DNA of 64,000 nucleotides from a virus (lineage: Duplodnaviria; Caudoviricetes), in IMG/VR virus record IMGVR_UViG_3300042518_000285, positions 981 to 64,980 of that record; one strand, written 5' to 3'. The position numbers were made by a program, and so were the translations under genes. The stretch's first letter is position 1. Every line of letters starts with the position of its first letter. Below the pieces are notes generated by a model. That model worked only from the letters and a program-made list of their open reading frames with translations, ran no database searches and was not told the DNA's origin. This document shows positions 62,499-64,000 of this stretch, one piece after another.

Positions 62499-63296
62499 TT
62501 ACTCGCCCATCACCTCGACCCAATAGCCGTTCTCACTAGTGCGTACACCAACCTCGGGGACGAATGTTTTCATCTCCATCATTCGCAGCATAGCAATTTG
62601 TTGTTGTATGGATAATGGCGCATCATCAATCGATTGATAGAAGTTGTTACCTTCTTGGATACCTGCATAGCCCAACTTGTCGGGGCAGTACACCTCAACC
62701 GTATCGTCGGTGTTTACGCACACATACACCTGCATCACCTTGCGTGACTCGCGTCGTATCTTTTCTTCCCATGCAGGCACACCTGATTGGATGATTTGTG
62801 CAAACCTCTCTGTCTGTGGTGTGTAGCCAGTAGCTTGCAGTCGGAGTATCTCGCGCATCAACTCGTCTCTTGTCACCGTGCAATGATCACGAACAAGTTT
62901 GTCTGCGGAGTACATCCAGTCTCGAATTGCTGATTCAAAGTCCCTGTGCCATCGATCCGCCATCTCCGCAATAGATATGGTGCGAATGTAGTCCTGCATG
63001 TAACGCACCAACTTCTTTACATCTGTAGTGCGTTTCTGATGTTTACGCGAACCAGTAAACCTACCCACATGTATCAGCCGAGACTCAATCACCCAGTACT
63101 CTTTGCCTTTCTCGTCTTTATCGAGAAAGACCGCCGCGATTGCTTTCTCTGGATGCCGAGTGTCGTAGAACCTAGCCGACCGTGTACCGAACTTGACATC
63201 GATAGGGAACCGACTGACCTGCGACTTGCGATACTCCTTCACAATACTCAGTATCTCGCAGCCCTCGGCTTCTTCGGTATTAATGAAATTCAACAT
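62499..63296 (-). CDS. Hypothetical early protein
   Basis: ~265 aa, SD AAGGAG. Confidence 0.75.
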   Translation of the reverse strand: MLNFINTEEAEGCEILSIVKEYRKSQVSRFPIDVKFGTRSARFYDTRHPEKAIAAVFLDKDEKGKEYWVIESRLIHVGRFTGSRKHQKRTTDVKKLVRYMQDYIRTISIAEMADRWHRDFESAIRDWMYSADKLVRDHCTVTRDELMREILRLQATGYTPQTERFAQIIQSGVPAWEEKIRRESRKVMQVYVCVNTDDTVEVYCPDKLGYAGIQEGNNFYQSIDDAPLSIQQQIAMLRMMEMKTFVPEVGVRTSENGYWVEVMGE

Positions 63297-63330
63297 CACA
63301 CTCTCCTTATTAACAGGTGTTAACTTATTG

Positions 63331-64000
63331 TCAGAACATGCTCAAGATTTCATCGACCTTCGACTTCACATCCAACCGCATGTGTTCATCCTCACGCAAG
63401 TCTTTGGGCGACACGCCGACGATCAACGACTCCAACGTCTTACGTGCGTTCTCCAACTTGGCATCGTTCGTCACGTTCAGCTTGGTCAGCAACTCACACA
63501 ACTCCACCGCATTAGTCACCAGCGAATCGCGGAATATCTGTGTGTACACCTCGCCATCCTTCGTCATTCTTGGGGACGGGGCGTTCGCCAGCTTCTCGCT
63601 CATCTTGGATAAACATTCATGGAGCCGGGCCCATGCGTCTTGCATTGCTTCTGACAACTTGTTCTCATAAAACGATTCGTATTGAGCTTTGAGTTCTTCC
63701 TTGTGCTGCTCGTTAATATCAATACGGAAGTCACCAACCTCGGGTACAGGCAGGAACACGAACCGGAACCGGAACTTATCGCGCAACCTCTCCGCATTTG
63801 GATACTCCTCGGAGTCGAACAAGTCACCCAACTGAAACGCCGCTGCGGATACAAGTGTTGGGTAGTCAGTCAGGAACGCTTCCACCGCTTCATTGAACTG
63901 CGTCTCAAGGTCATTGAGTGTTGCCTTGTAGTCGAAGAAGTTCTTCATGGGTAGTAGGCGTGAGCCACCATCCGACCACGGCAACGTCTGCGCGTAGTGC
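63331..64000 (-). CDS. DUF3150-like helical protein, 5' end beyond window edge
   Basis: Frame open to the edge (HYAQTLPWSDGGSRLLP...EYP...LNVTND..L); I recall this family beside AAA/vWA genes in phages. Confidence 0.6.
   Translation of the reverse strand, partial: HYAQTLPWSDGGSRLLPMKNFFDYKATLNDLETQFNEAVEAFLTDYPTLVSAAAFQLGDLFDSEEYPNAERLRDKFRFRFVFLPVPEVGDFRIDINEQHKEELKAQYESFYENKLSEAMQDAWARLHECLSKMSEKLANAPSPRMTKDGEVYTQIFRDSLVTNAVELCELLTKLNVTNDAKLENARKTLESLIVGVSPKDLREDEHMRLDVKSKVDEILSMF

Larger units (their letters stand above)
61474..63323. promoter_or_regulatory. Dispersed 14-bp palindromes TTAAC-N4-GTTAA, right cluster
   Basis: TTAACGTCTGTTAA at 61474, TTAACATCTGTTAA at 62264, TTAACAGGTGTTAA at 63310. 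Confidence 0.85.

Noticed and set aside
1-64000. Alternative genetic code, introns/inteins, integrase or DGR
   Set aside because: Core genes are intact and of normal length in the standard code; no recombinase, reverse transcriptase or intein motifs were seen

Overview
Almost the whole genome of a ~50% GC tailed dsDNA phage, read as a podovirus-like type (no tape measure or sheath genes; large internal/ejection proteins). It is probably circularly permuted: the minus-strand AAA-ATPase/metallopeptidase-vWA genes run off the left edge and a DUF3150-like gene enters at the right edge. Plus strand 5.6-48.5 kb: terminase, portal, GroES-like co-chaperonin, scaffold, capsid, a cluster of small basic proteins, tail/fibre genes, lysis (GH19 endolysin, Rz/Rz1) and ejection proteins (SLT domain; a 2174-aa polyvalent protein with GNAT and zincin domains). 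Minus strand 48.5-64 kb and 0-5.2 kb: primase-helicase, SSB-like protein, SNF2 helicase, PD-(D/E)XK nuclease, family A polymerase, many HTH proteins and early genes. No integrase, tRNA or CRISPR array was seen. Best leads: (1) a candidate ~65-nt sRNA at 48.5-48.6 kb with its own promoter and terminator, whose 5' end is complementary to an AG(G/A)AGAGTGC-type motif at the ribosome-binding sites of several replication/early genes; (2) about 11 copies of a palindrome TTAAC-N4-GTTAA confined to the early region; (3) small proteins sharing a C-terminal 'KGG..SASSRADGC..RGKT.G..V' tag on unrelated cargo, one of them ART-like; (4) structured RNA leaders before the primase-helicase and after the capsid gene; (5) an iteron-like TGTTCC array. 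All family calls come from motif recognition by eye, not database searches.
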